This document shows, one piece after another, positions 14,285 to 29,777 of a DNA stretch of 64,000 bases. Positions within the stretch are counted from its first letter, which is position 1; every line of letters starts with the position of its first letter. Origin of the DNA: the human T2T-CHM13v2.0 reference genome, Homo sapiens. The notes under the pieces were generated by a model, which ran no database searches, was not told the DNA's origin, and was given only the letters and a program-made list of their open reading frames with translations. Where the stretch lies: assembly GCF_009914755.1 (NCBI RefSeq), contig NC_060934.1, one strand, 5' to 3'. Position numbers and translations under genes: made by a program.

Positions 14285-14642
14285 TCTGAAGCAGAGTTTA
14301 GTGTGTAGCATGTGTCTGAGGCGTGTGCTTGAGATCAACTCCCGTGGCAGGGAGACAGAAGGCAGGAGAGTGCGAGGGAGAAGTCAAACTGTGATGAAAT
14401 CTGATGATGGCCTTGGGCAGCCCTGTGGGGAGCCCTGGAGCTAGAATGTTCTCCAGTGTTGGACCAAGCTGGTCAGGCCTGTATCCCTCTGTGGTTTAGG
14501 GTAAAGCCGCTCTTCAGCTAAGATGAGTCCTGAGTTGGGGCAGCTGACAGCTGACACCCAGCCACCAGCATGCCCAGTGGTGGGGGCAACAAGTCTGTCC
14601 ATGAAGGGAGATATAGAAGGCATGTCACAGTGTCTGCCACAC
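14285..14642. mobile_element. Old ERVL-class LTR (LTR33/40/41-like)
   Basis: GAGGGAGAAGTCAAACTGTGATG, GGGAGCCCTGGAGCTAGAAT, GGGGCAGCTGACAGCTG. Confidence 0.5.
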
Positions 14643-15199
14643 CACCCCAAGGCTGCCCTTTAATAACCTAGTTTTCTGCTTCAAGGCTTCCCTTGATATT
14701 AAATTTCATCAGAGTTCTACAGCATGCCAAGATTTGAGGGGCAGGATAAAAAAATCACCCTACTGTCAATGCCATAGGCATTGCCTAACCATGATAATCA
14801 GAGAAAGCCGCTTTTACCCTAGTGTCTCTCAATTTTGACCCCAAATTAAGCATAATGCCAAAAGAAACATTTTGGGACTCTCTGAAAGGTCTAGGAAGGG
14901 AAGAAGCTTGCTGGGTGCATTCTGCAGGGACATCAGTTTACTGTCCACACTTTTTGTGGTCCATATCTTCTCCGAGGCCCTCATGCTGAGAAAATCTCAC
15001 AGGAATCCCATATTCAGCCTCAGGGGAGGAAGGTCCGTGCGAAACACAAGAAGGAAGATGATTGGGGGCCGTGGAAGAGAGAGGCAATGTCACCTTATCC
15101 CAGGAGACCTCCAGCAGGTCCCTGGAAACAGGGGCAGGGGACAGGGGTGAGGCAGGGTGGGGAGCCCTAGATCCCAGGCCAGACCACTCGGTCAACCCC

Positions 15200-15380
15200 T
15201 GGCCTTGCTGCCCATGAGGTCTGCAGCTGTGGGAAAGTTCCTTAATTGTTCCATGCCTCAGTTTCCCCATCTGAGAAATTAGGATTGATAGTACCAACCT
15301 CAGAGGGCTCCTGCCAGGATGAACTCACACGAATCCCTTGAAGAGGGCCTGACCCGCACTGCACTCAGGAGCTGTGGCTA
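15200..15380 (+). mobile_element. MIR
   Basis: GCCTCAGTTTCCCCATCTGAGAAATTAGG...AGTACCAACCTCAGAGGG. Confidence 0.7.
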
Positions 15381-15859
15381 CAAGAATGGGAGCAAGAAGG
15401 AAGGATCCCCTGAGTCTGGGGGTTGAGACAAGGCCAGTTCCTTCCCCACGGAGCCAACTTCATTGGAAGAGAGCTGCTCATGGGTTCAGCCTCAAACAGA
15501 AACATTCTGGGAAGCTCTCAGATGGTTCTATGTAATTGTTTAGCCAATTAGAAGTGATTCAGAAGGCAAATTTTGCTCTAATAAACAGAGCAATTTGTGA
15601 AGGGTTTTTGGTTCTGGAGAAAAAACTCTAAAACATCAATATTGTTACTAATGCTACAGAGAAACAATGACCCATACTCTGAATCAACACACTAATTTGT
15701 AAACCTCACAGACTCAGCCTTGAAATTCCTGTTTTATTGAATTGCCCTCTGAAACAAAGGTTATTTTTAAGCAACGTTTAGTAAACCAATTTAAGTGGGA
15801 ATAGAACTCCTGAAATGTCAGAGGTGGGTCACTCCTGCAGTACAAAGATAGCCTAGCTT

Positions 15860-16085
15860 AATAGTTAACGCTGTTCACCAGAATCCAACTACCTGGGTTC
15901 TGGTCCTAGCTCTGCCTCACACCAGCTGTGTGATCTTGGGCAAGTTACTTAACCTCTCCGAGCCTCTGTTTGTCTCAAATATGAAATGGAGATGATAATA
16001 CTAGAACTTTACACATGACTTATGGTGAGACTGGAAGCAGACAATGTAGGTAAAGTCACAGCAAACCCTCATTAATTAGTACTAT
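15860..16085 (+). mobile_element. MIR
   Basis: CAGCTGTGTGATCTTGGGCAAGTTACTTAACCTCTC. Confidence 0.85.
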
Positions 16086-16140
16086 ATAGTGATACACAGA
16101 ATGCAGAGTAAAATATAAGGTATGATAAAGAAAGCATGTG

Positions 16141-16160
16141 CACACACACACACACACACA
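16141..16160. repeat. (CA)10 microsatellite
   Basis: Direct. Confidence 0.95.
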
Positions 16161-16194
16161 GTGCTCACTGCATTTGCACCCTATAGTAGAAACT

Positions 16195-16253
16195 ATTAGG
16201 TAGGCTATGCTTCACTTACAAAACCCTCCAAATCTCAGTGGCTTATGTGAGAC

Positions 16254-16291
<38 letters not shown>

Positions 16292-16745
16292 GAAGAGTTA
16301 TAGAGAGAGAGAAAGAGAAAGAAAGAGAGAGAGAGGAAGAAAGAGAGAGGAGGAGAGAGAAAAGAGAAGAGGTAGAAGGGAGGAGAGATAAAGAGATAAA
16401 GATAGAGAGAAGAGAGAGAGAGAAAGGAGAAGAGAGAAAAGAGATGGAGAGAGAGAAAGGAGAAGAGATAGAGACAGATAGAGAATGAGAGAGAGAGAGA
16501 GAGAGAGATTTCTCCTTCATAAACCATGTTGAGCACACATTGCTGGGTGGACACCGGTTACCTTCTCCAGCCACAGTTGCAGAGAGGAAAAAGGAGGTGG
16601 AAAAACACATGGCTTCTGTTCATAGTGCACCAGCCAGAACAAGTCATATGGTCATGTCAAACTTCAGGGAAGTGGGGATATGAAATTCACCCTCTGCCTA
16701 GAAGTATGGGAATCAGACATTGGACAGTAACAATGAGAAGCACAC
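16195..16745 (-). mobile_element. Old MLT1 LTR interrupted by a GA-rich expansion
   Basis: TAGGCTATGC...CCAAATCTCAGTGGCTTA before the repeat; CCAGAACAAGTCATATGG after. Confidence 0.55.
16249..16508. repeat. GA-rich polypurine low-complexity tract (about 260 bp)
   Basis: Nearly pure A/G on the + strand. Confidence 0.95.
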
Positions 16746-17179
16746 ACCCAGAAACACAGATCAACCTCTCTGGAATTTCCTCAGGCAATTTTTGCGTCTC
16801 AGCACATAAGTGAGAAGTGAGTCTCCCTCTCAGACAAAGGACACACCCTCTACTAATGACCTCTTAGGGCCATCCCTATTTTCTGTCCTGCCTGTAATCT
16901 GGGTGGTTTTGGAAGATTTTTTTTTAAGTTACTGATGACTATACAGTAATACTGTTCAATAAGCAGTATGTTTAGTGATATTCTTGAATTCTAATTTTTT
17001 GCTGTAATTTTGACCGCAATGAGGTCCTCACCATTGGAATTCATAGAAGAAATGCTGAGGAGCTGATCAACAATTTCTAATGTAACATTTAAAGCAAAGG
17101 AAAAGCTAGGCACTCTAGTAACCAGGGCTCGCTAATTTTTACCTTTTAAGATTCATCTTAAATCCCCTCAATTTTTATT

Positions 17180-17478
17180 GTTATTTTATTTCTTTTTAGA
17201 CAGGGTCTTGCTCTGTCACCGAAACTGAAATGCAGCGAAGTGATCATAGCTCACTGCAGCCTCAACTTCCTGAGCTCAAGCAATCCTCCTGTCTGACCCT
17301 CCCAAGTAGCTAGAACTACAGGTGGCCACCACCAAGCCTGGTTAATTTTAAAATTATTTTCAGTAGGGATAAGGTCTTCCATGTTGCCAAGGCTGTTATC
17401 GAATTTCTGTGCTCAAGCAATCCTCCTACCTCAGCCTCCCAAAGTGCTGGGTTACAGTTGTGAGCCAACATGAGCAGC
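17180..17478 (-). mobile_element. AluJ
   Basis: AGACAGGGTCTTGCTCTGTCACC...CCCAAAGTGCTGGG. Confidence 0.92.
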
Positions 17479-18489
17479 TTTAAATTTTTTAATAGAATGA
17501 ATATGTCAAACATACTGAAAAGCAGAGATGATAGTGCAGTGAAATCCCTTTTTATGAAGACTTGATATTTCACTGCTGCATTCTTCTTTATCCATCTCTA
17601 AAAAGCATGGATATTTTCTTACATAGCCACAATGCTGTTATCACACATAATAATTTCTGTTGTCATCTTTTTTGTGTGAGTGAGTAGAACGCTTATTTGG
17701 GCAGCATCGATTCCCATAAAACAAGATGGCTGGAACTTACTGCAGCTCTTCTGATAGCTCCATGCTCCTGGCATTGTGTAGGAGAACATTGCTTATTGCA
17801 GTGAATTGGTTCCCCTAGATTTCTTCTCTCCCACATGGAGCCTACTGAGTTGAGATGGAACACGGCAGACCAACACACCTTAGAGAACAATCAGCCAGCA
17901 AATCTGTGTTGGCTAATACTGACACCACTAAAGAAGGGTGAAGGGCACTTTGGAACAAGGTATGCACACATTCGCGTGTATAACCTATTCCAAATGCTAT
18001 TAGGTGAATCTGTAAGCTTTGCTGAGAGCCTATAGGTCCCATTTCGGAGTCAGCTATGGAAATGAGGTCAGAGTGACCCTTCTTGTGTTTCATTAAATGT
18101 AACCACGTTAAGAGAGCTTCTTTCCACTGAAATGCATTATTAGGGCACTCTGTGTATGTAGATCTTCACTTTGAATGTATTAAAATAAATGGAAATGCTT
18201 GTTTCAGCTTGAGGATCATGTCTGGAACTTACTTTGCAAAATGCACTCTCCACACAGCTCACTGGTCAGAAAATGATTACCCTACTCCGGAGGACTAATA
18301 ATAATAATTTAATTCTCACAGCAGCCCTCTCTGGTACTATTATTCTTTCCATTTTTCAGCCAGGAGGAGAGACGATGTAGTGGAGGTCAGAGCTCAGGCT
18401 CTGAAGCCAGACCGCCTGAGTATGAATCCCAGCTGTGCCACTTACTAGCTGTGTGATGCTCTAAAAACGATACATGTGGGGCTTGTTGT

Positions 18490-19960
18490 CCTTTGATAGC
18501 CAGTCTGTTATAAAATTTGCTCAATTGTGTTAAAAAAATTTTTTGAAGTTGGTTTGTTCTAAGTAGGATCCAAATAAGGTCTACAAATTGCTTTTGGTTG
18601 TTGTGTCTCTTAATTCTCATTCAAACTAGAGAAGCCCCATATCTCCCCTACGCCTTTGATTGATAGCAGAAACTGGGTCATTTGCTCTAGAGAATGTCCC
18701 AGATTCTTAACTGGTCTATTTCCTTCTTTGCTGTGGCATTTACGTTCTCCTTTCCCTCTGTCTTTCCTGTCCACAGAAGTTAGCTCTAGATGCTTGATTT
18801 AGTTTAGATTCAACTGTTTAAGCAAAGAGATTTCATGGGTGGTGCAGAATCCTTCCTATCCCATTCCATGAACACGTGCACGACGTCCTCTCGCCCACAA
18901 CGCTCGAAGCTCAATCAAGCTTCGGGGACAGGTAGTGACAGCCTGAGTCTTCTGTTGTAAAATTCCTCACCTGTCTATCATTGATGATGTGGCTCGAACG
19001 AATTATTTTCTTAGAGGTTGTAAAAGGTTGCTTTTAGAAATTCATTACCCTTTCACATTTATTAGGTTAGATGCCTCCCACACAGTGAATGTGTCCGCAT
19101 CAGTGAGGGCTATTTGGATACTCTCAAATACAGTTCATCCAGGAAGGGCCAGGGAGGTGCTTAATTCTTTCCTCTTAACTGCTCATTTTCAGAGTAGGGA
19201 TTCAGGCCTTAGTTAATTGCAGTAGCGTCCAGAGAGGTTTCTTGTTTATTTGCTTTTTTTTTTTTGCTCTTTTTTGGTGGGGGATAAAGACTATCTCTCA
19301 AATGATGATGATGATGATGATTGATATGGTTAGGCTTTGTGTCTCCACCCAAATCTCATCTTGAGTTATAATCCTTGAATTATAATTGTAATCCCCAAGT
19401 GTCAAGGGAGACACCAGGTGAAGGTAATTGGATCACAGGGGCGGTTTCTCCCATGCTCTTCTTGTGATAGTGAGTGAGTTCTCGGGAGATCTGATGGTTT
19501 TATAAGGGACTTTCCCCCACTTTTCTCAGCACTTCTTCTTCCTGCCACCTTGTGAAGAAGGCGCCTTGCTTCCCCTTCACCTTCTGCCATGATTGTAAGT
19601 TTCCTGAGTCCTCCCCAGCCATGCTAAACTGTGAGTCAATTAAACCTCTTTCCTTTATGAATTACCCAGTCTCAGGTATTTCCTGATAACAATGTGAGAA
19701 GAGACTAATACAATGATGAACTCATGGTTTTTATGTCCTCAGTGTGTTTCAGTCAACTGCATTCACAATCCTTTTCATGTTTACAGTGTTTCTTCTTTGA
19801 CCCATGGGGGTCCTTTCATGTTGGTGTCTGTGTCGGTTTCACACGACCCGTCAGTCTCCAGTGGCTTCCTTGCTTCACGGCCCAACAAGATGTCTCAGCT
19901 CCTCTTGTATTTTTTTTCCTAGACTTGAAAGCAGTCATTCCTTCCAAGAGCCCTGGTTGC
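18490..19960 (-). mobile_element. Old L1 (L1MC-like) fragments, interrupted by THE1
   Basis: TTGGTTTGTTTCTAAGTAGGATCCAAATAAGGTC; GCAGAAACTGGGTCATTTG; CCAAGAGCCCTGGTTGC. Confidence 0.65.
19322..19712 (+). mobile_element. THE1D-like solo LTR
   Basis: TGATATGGTTAGGCTTTGTG...GACTAATACA; TSD ATGAT, inserted next to a (GAT)n run. Confidence 0.93.
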
Positions 19961-21671
19961 TTCTACTAGGCCTGTTGATTATATTTTAAAATATGAAGTA
20001 CGTGTCTCTTTATGTGCATCAGCATTGACCTGAAAGGTGACACCTATGTCTACAACTCCACTCCAAAGCCTCCTACATGGTGGCTGTCTCCACTTCATCC
20101 CAAAGATCTGGAATGAATGAGGTTCTGTGGTCCCCTTATAAAGCCTCTTGCATTCCAAATGTGTAAATGATTTTATTCTTAGTATTTCCCTAACACAGCT
20201 GTGAGTCTGAGAACTGACAGATGCAGTGAGATGTAAACCAAGGCACGAGCTAGTCAAAGAGAGATGTGGGAGTGCAAGCTCACAGGGCACAGAGGCCAAG
20301 GAGCAGTGAGACTCATGGGCAAGGATCAAAATGTGGATGTCAGCCCTGAAAGACTGTCCCCTTTTCTCTGGGAATGTCACCCTCTTAGAGGAGAACACAG
20401 CTTCTAGAAGGACTCTCAGCAGAGAGAGAGGAGGGGATCCCCTGGCTAAGATCAGCTGAGAACACCCACACCATCAATGTGGGGACAGACACCACAGACA
20501 GGTCCCCTGATGTCTGTGACTTCAATCTCCTGCCCTTTGGAAAGACAGATGAACTGGTTCAATGAATGAACCAGGAAATGTTCACGCCAAGTTCCCCTGA
20601 ATGTGAGCAAGAAGAAATCCGTACAAACTATAAATGTCAATAAACCAATTGCCAATGGAGTTTTTGAATCAATGAATACTAGGAATCCAGGGAAGCAGAG
20701 CTCTTCTGAGATGCGACATGGACTTTCTAGATGCGTAAGGGAAGATGAAGGTTTGATTTCACCGTTCAGACCCTCACTCAGCACAGCAGATTACCTTTCA
20801 CGCAACTTTCATCTCTTTTTCTCCTCATCTTCCCATTGGGATGGAAAGAATCCTCCACTATGCAGCTGGGTACTAGTGTAGACTGAGGATTGAGCATCTA
20901 GCTAAATTTAAGCTCTGGGCTGTCGTCCATGTGCTGAGCAATGCTGTTCAATTAGCAGATCTTTCCTTTGTAAACCATGTGGTTGACTGCACAGTTTGTT
21001 TGAGTCTCTGCCAACAAAATAATTTTTATACGGGCTGTCACTGCTCAGTGTTCTGCAAGTCATTCCTCTTGCTTAAGACCATACAAGGTTAGAGTTTTGT
21101 CTACTTCTTTTCAAGGTTCAGCTAACTTACTGCTGCAGGATTTCACAGACAATTCAAAGGAACCCAGAGTTCTGATGTTCCCAGGAGAAGAAACGTGGGG
21201 AAATAAAACCCCTGGTTGACGTGCAGAAGAGACAAACAGTGAGAATCTCTGTGAGTTTACTCAGGTGGGCTTTACAACATACTTTGCTCCAAAATCCTGT
21301 GTTCAGGCCAAGCCCTGATATTTTAAACAGACAGAAAGTTGGCTGGGAGCCTCCCTGAATGACTGTGCTGCTGATGTCATTTTACACCTGCCACAACCAT
21401 CTATCTTCTGAGGGTGCAAAAACAAGTCTGAGATGGCTTTGAAGATAAGCACATTCAGGGCGTGCTGACTTGCAAGCAGTGTGTGTGTGTGTGATCATGA
21501 TGCCACAGAGGTGGGGAGGGATGTGTGGAAACCTAGGGAGAAAACAGCACCTAGAAAAGTTCCCTGGGTGGGGGTAGGATGAATTTCGAGCATCACTCGA
21601 GCAGTTTTGTTTCTGCGACCTGTATCTGTCTCTTTTCTCCTTCCCTTCTGGGTCCCCCTTCATCAAAATAA

Positions 21672-22132
<461 letters not shown>

Positions 22133-22641
22133 TAGGGAGAGGCCCCATCCCCTCCTTTGTCCAGTCGGGAATATAATACTTTTGAAGATTACTGGGAAAG
22201 GGTTTTTGTTTTGAAAGCAGAAGACGCACATTCAGCCGGCAAAAAGCCTCCACTCCTGAACTGATAAGAAGAAGGTATGAAAATCTTGAGAAAAACAGCT
22301 GTCAGGAGACTTCACAGTTAGACTTTTTGCCCTACCTTTGTCCTCCTGCAAGAGGCAAGTTCTAGCCGTGGCAGCCTTCACAATCGTCTTGCATCGCAAA
22401 TGCTCAAATTGCCATTGACATCTATTATCCAAGCTCTTGGTAGGTCTCAGGGGCCCAGGGAAACATGAAAGGAAGGAGAGACTGAGGCTTGCTTCCAACA
22501 CCCCCAGAGCATCAGGTGGGGTGAGGTCATGAGGCCCAGCAGCAACTCAGCCCTTCATAGCTTGCTTTCTGCTGACTTCATTGAGCTTGTTAGCAGCCCC
22601 TCACCTGGACTGGAGGCAGCATTAAGAATTAGTGGTCATAG

Positions 22642-22928
22642 GGCCGGGCGCAGTGACTCACGCCTGTAATCCCAGCACTTTGGGAGGCCGAGGTGGGCGG
22701 ATCACCTGAGGTCAGGAATTCGAGACCAGCCTGGCCAATATGGTGAAACCCCATCTCTACTAAAAATACAAAAATTAGCCGAGTGTCGTGGCATTCGCAT
22801 GTAATCTCAGCTACTTGGGAGGCTGAGGCATAAGAATTGCTTGAACCCAGGAGGTAGAGGTTGCAGTGAGCCAAGATCGTGCCACTGCACTCTAGCCTAG
22901 GTGACAGAGTGAGGCTCCATCTCAAAAA

Positions 22929-22971
<43 letters not shown>

Positions 22972-22972
22972 A
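22642..22972 (+). mobile_element. AluSx-like with (TAAA)n tail
   Basis: TSD AAGAATTAG(TG/CG)(G/A)TCATAG. Confidence 0.96.
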
Positions 22973-23568
22973 AGAATTAGCGATCATAGGTGCATCCAAC
23001 CACTTGCCTTCCAGGGCTTTAAGACTGTACCCCATAGCGGTAGAGCCGAGAGCCCCTAGCTCTGTAAACATGGGTGGCAGGGCCTTGGCAGAAGGGCATC
23101 AGATGTAGGCTCAGTGGATCTCACCGTCTGGTGCCAAGGTGCAAGCTCATTTCCTCTGCTTGCGTTTTCTGTCTTCTGGTCCTGCCCCACCACAGGCTCC
23201 TTGCAACCTGCTCCATGTCTTCATTTTCCTCTCTCCTTCCCTTCCCCTTCTCTTTCCTCCTTCCCTCTGTGTACTTGGGATCATTCTAGCCGGCACCATC
23301 TCTGCCTCCCAGGCCACTGACTCAATCAACTCACCTAGCTCCAGACCCTGTTCCCAACATTGGAGGACGGAATGGGAACAGGGCAAAGAGATCGTGGACT
23401 TCCACTGATGTGGTGAGATGTTGGGACAGACTGCTCATAAGGAGGCAAAGAGGTAGATACGGTAATTTCAGAGCTGGGTAGTGCAGTAGGGAAGATAAAA
23501 TGGAGAAATGGGGCAGAAAGTGATGGTGGAGAGGGAATCACTGTTTTAGCCAGTTTGGTCAATAAGGC

Positions 23569-23868
<300 letters not shown>

Positions 23869-24169
23869 CAAAGTGTTTATTTTTAACTTCAGACTTGAAT
23901 ATTGAAAAGAAGGTGGCTGTGAAGATGTGGGAGAAGGTGTGGCAAGTGCAAAGGTCCTGAGGCAGTGACGGCTTGTCACATTTGAGACAGGAAGGAGGCT
24001 GGTGTGGCTGGAGCTCAGATGGCCTAGGGTACAGTGGTAGAAGATTCAGTTGGATAAGTTATAATCTGTAGGAAAGGGCTTGGGTTTGGTTTGGTTTAAA
24101 TGGAAGACATTGAGGGTTTTCAAGCAGATGAATGGTAAGCTATTATTTGCATCTGAGAAAGCATGTGAG

Positions 24170-24822
<653 letters not shown>

Positions 24823-24917
24823 TTAAACCATTAGTGTAGCAGAAGATGGGGGAAGAATCAGACCCAGTCTACCTTTGAGAATCACATTGGATGTAATGAA
24901 AATAAAGAAGCTAAATT

Positions 24918-25047
24918 TCCTTCCTGTCCCCTCTTCCACCCTTCCCTCCCCTTCCCTTCCCTTCTCCCTTCTCTTCTTCCCCCATGTCCCCCTTCCCCTC
25001 CGCTTTCTCTCCTCTTTCTTCTTCTCCTTTTCTGTCTCTTTTCCTCC
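24918..25047. repeat. CT-rich polypyrimidine low-complexity tract
   Basis: Direct. Confidence 0.85.
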
Positions 25048-25501
25048 TCACAATGGAATGGTGCCATATTCTGACCGTAGCAGATACAGGGTAGGGAAAA
25101 AAGAAAATCAAAAGATGTATTTTGGCCAGGACTACAGCAAGCCTTTATGGCACCTTCCTGAAAATTAGAGAAGGCACTCCCTATATCAAAAGGTACCTTT
25201 TCCACAGTGTGGATAAAGCCCCACACCAGAGCTCATGGCTTTGCAAACCTAATATGGGCTGGATCTCAGCCCCTCTTCCTTCCATGGATGGCTGCCGCCT
25301 TTAGGCAGTGCACAGGTTGGACAACAAGACGTGGTGCCCCTGGTCTGGGCTATATTAAGTCTGAGATGCCTACTTGGCATCCACATGAGGATGTTAATTA
25401 GATAGCTGAGTATATGGGTCTGGATGTCAGGGAGAAATGGGGCTAGAGATATAAATTTAGGAATCCTAACAGCATGTGGAGCTTAACAGGTGACTGGATG
25501 A

Positions 25502-25821
<320 letters not shown>

Positions 25822-27376
25822 CGGAGGTGATCTTTTTGTGAGTGTGGATGAGGACGCATGTGGGGCTGACAATGAAGCTTGAGACACTTCGCTATTTAGT
25901 AAGTAGGAGGAGGCAGAAAATGCTACAGAGACCCAGAAAGAGCTGTTGGTGAAATAGGAGGATAACCTGGAAAGTAACAACCTAGAAATCAGTGGAGAAA
26001 ATGTGTTAAGCAGTAGAGATGGGCTCCGTGGGATGTTGGTGAGAGTTGGAGTAAGATGAGGATGCGCAGAGCTTTTGGCAAGACGGAGATGCTGGGGCGC
26101 AGGGTGCTGGAAACGGAGTGGGTGGCTGAGCAGAGAGGGCTGGGGAGAGAGAAGAAAACAGAGGCAGCCGTTTTCAGATGTTGGGATCAAAAGGGTAAGA
26201 GAGAAAAGGAGGAGTTGGATTTGGGTTAGCTGTCCCTGGTTGGGACAGGCAATCTTTAAAAAGATACAGCTTCTTATATGCGGAAATGATCCAGTAGTGA
26301 GGGAGAAATGGATGGCTCAGGAGGGAGGGCAGATCCCAGGTGCCGAGTTGCCAGGAAGGAGAGGAGAGAGGGTCACTGGCCAGGAGGCTGGTGAATGGTG
26401 GGAAGGGCGTGGCTCTCCACCGCTTGCTTCTTGTAGAGCCAGGTTATTAGTTGAGAGTGGGAAGCGTGAGGTGGGAAAGAAGAGAAAGGATGACGTAGCG
26501 ATCTATAGAGTGGGAAGTGAAATGTGGGATTGTGTGGGCTGGTGTGGGCTCCCTGCAGATCTGCAGCCACTGCAGGGTGGCATGTGTCCCCAACCACCTG
26601 CAGCTGCAGACACAGCTGACCCAACTAGAAAGGAGGCCGAGAAGGCAAGGGACTGCATGGAATATGTAGGGAAATAATTAGAGCAAAGGGCACAGGCTCT
26701 TAAAAACAAAAACAAACAAAACAAAACAAAAAAGAGAAAAGTCTGATGTAAACATACCAGAGTATAATTACAATTTTTGGGCAAACAAAACCTTTCTTAA
26801 CTAAGTCACAGTGGGAGGAAGTATTAAGAGAGCTATTCAGCTAAACTAAATACATATGTGTATATGCACACACACGCCAAAGATACTGTAAGGAAATTGC
26901 AAGCAAACACTTATTTTATAAATGACTTTTCAAAGCACTTACTAAGTTCAAGCCCTGCAGTAAGAAATTTATAAGCATTATTTTGATTTAATCCTCTGTA
27001 TAGTACTTTACTATAGGTACAAGATTTGAACTTAAAAGTTCATATTTTTTACTAAGTTATAATGCTTCTTCCAACTTGGAAAGAATATTTACAACATATG
27101 TGGCAATTTTAAAAGACTGAATATGCACGGATTATTAAAAGCTCCTATAAATCAATAAGGAAAGGAAGAACCTAACAGAATAATAAGCAAGAAGCTACAA
27201 ACAGGGAAGGCGCTAAAGAAGGAAATACAAATGGCTAAAACTATGATTCTCAGCATCACTAGGATGTAAGAAATGCAAATTACAAAAATAATAAAATCCT
27301 ATTTGATTCATGAAGATTAAAAACGTACTGAGAGTTGCTGCTGTCATACACTTTGTCAGAGTTTAAATTGGTACAC

Positions 27377-27549
27377 CTTTTTTTTTTTTTTCTGACTGAG
27401 TCTTGCTCTGTTGCCCAGGCTGGAGTGCAGTGGCACGATCTGATCTTTGCTCACTGAAACCTCTGCCTCCCGGGTTCAAGCGATTCTCCTGCCTCACTCA
27501 GCCTCCTGAGTAGCTGGGACTACAGGTGCCCACCACCATGCCTGGCTAA
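27377..27549 (-). mobile_element. 5'-truncated Alu (right arm only)
   Basis: poly-T through CCACCATGCCTGGCTAA, then L1 resumes. Confidence 0.9.
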
Positions 27550-27797
27550 AACTGCTATAGCTTTTGTAATGAGCAATTTGGCAATATTTGAGGTCATCTC
27601 CTTTTACCCAATAATTCCTCTTTAAAATGTATTTAATGGAAATGAAACATGCAGAGATATACATTCAAAGGTTTTGTCATCACATTCCTTATTATAGAAA
27701 AAAGGAAACTGTCCAAATGTCCACCAATAAGGCACTGGTGACAAATTATATAAACTACAAAATGAAACTCAATGCAAAATGTTAAACATATAGAGAC

Positions 27798-28171
27798 TGC
27801 TGTGTGTCTGAATGTGTGCCCAAAATTCATATATTGAAACGTAATGGCCAGTGTGATAGTATTAAGAGGTAGAGCCTTTAGGAGGTGGTTAGACCATGAG
27901 GACTCTGTCCTCAGGATGGGATTGGTCACTTAAAAATGGCTGGAGAGAACCAGATAGGCCTCTTTGTCTTTCTGTCCCTTCCGCCAGGTGAGAACACACA
28001 GCATTCAAGGTGCCATCTTGGAAGTGGAGAGCAGCCCTCACCAGACACCAAACCTATTGGCCGTTGACCTTGGACTTCCCAGCCTCCAGAACTGTGATAA
28101 ATACATTTTTATTATTTACAAATTACCTAGTTCAGGCATTTTGTTAAAGAAGCACAAATGGACTAAAATAT
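27798..28171 (+). mobile_element. MaLR LTR (MSTD/MLT1A-like)
   Basis: TGCTGTGTGTCTGAATGTG...CTTGGACTTCCCAGCCTCCAGAACTGTG. Confidence 0.88.
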
Positions 28172-28454
28172 AAGGAGCAAAAAATTGACTTTGAAAAAGT
28201 CTACTGTATCTTGTTTAGAGAATAAAGTAAGTTCACTCAGTATGTAGAGTATTTAGCATCTATAATATACACATATATACACATATGTATATAAAAATTA
28301 TAGAATAATATACACAAAACTTACTGTTCTTTGGTATATGGGATTTTGGGGGGCTTTTACTTTTATTTTCTATGTGCCATTGTTTAAGTTATTTTGCACT
28401 GAATATACTTTATTTTTATAGTCATAAAATAAAATTTCATATAATTAAAATTAA

Positions 28455-28685
<231 letters not shown>

Positions 28686-29077
28686 TAACATCAAGAATGG
28701 AGTATCAAATAGCAGTTAACTGACTGAGAAGTTGCTCCAGCGATGCTTGCTAACACACCTGCTTTGGACTGCGCCATTTGTTTGATTAACAACACTTGTT
28801 CTGTGCCCGCTTTACCTATTAATTAGGAGAGCTTAAGACACCTGAGTGCTCAAGGTAAGTTAGTGGAAGGGTTCACAGCAGAACTCTGGGCATCTTGAGG
28901 TCTATATTTGGGTCATCTATTTCCTTGGTGCTTAGCGCAGAAGTCATGTTGCACATAGTCAGTAAATATTGGATGAATGGATGAATGAACTAATGAGTAA
29001 ATATCCATATATCTTTCAAAACACTTGTGTTTGCTAAAATGTTCTACATTCAAAACCATCATATGTTAGACCCTTCT

Positions 29078-29253
29078 ATCCAAGTGTGGTCTGAGGACCA
29101 GCAGCAATGGTCTCATGCAAGAGCTCCTTAGAAAGGCAGGATCTTGTTATGACTGTACCCATGTCACCCTCAGCCTCAGCTGCTGAATCAGATCAGTACT
29201 CGTCTCTGACCCCTAGGAATTCTTATGCATGGGAAAGTGTGAGAAGGCACTGC
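29078..29253. mobile_element. MER5-like DNA transposon
   Basis: CAAGTGTGGTCTGAGGACCAGCAGCA...CTGAATCAGA. Confidence 0.65.
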
Positions 29254-29278
29254 TTCAGAGGGAAGTACTTGGCTGCCG

Positions 29279-29594
<316 letters not shown>

Positions 29595-29742
29595 TAACTT
29601 CTGGGTTTAATGCTTTTTTCTACCTCTTTGGTACCTAATTACAGGATTTCGAGGTTTTGCTTGAGAATGGACCAGAAGAGGACATTCTGAGCAAAAGCAA
29701 AATTTTGCCAGCAAGGAGAGATTTTTTGGAGGGTTTTTGCTG

Positions 29743-29744
<2 letters not shown>

Positions 29745-29771
<27 letters not shown>
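29745..29771. repeat. poly-T run (about 27 nt)
   Basis: Direct. Confidence 0.9.

Positions 29772-29777
<6 letters not shown>

Noticed and set aside
16207-16610. ER-repeat and SL-repeat ORFs
   Set aside because: Translation of the (GA)n tract.
26075-26677. 200-aa ORF
   Set aside because: TTG start, lies in purine-rich degraded L2-like sequence, no recognisable domain.
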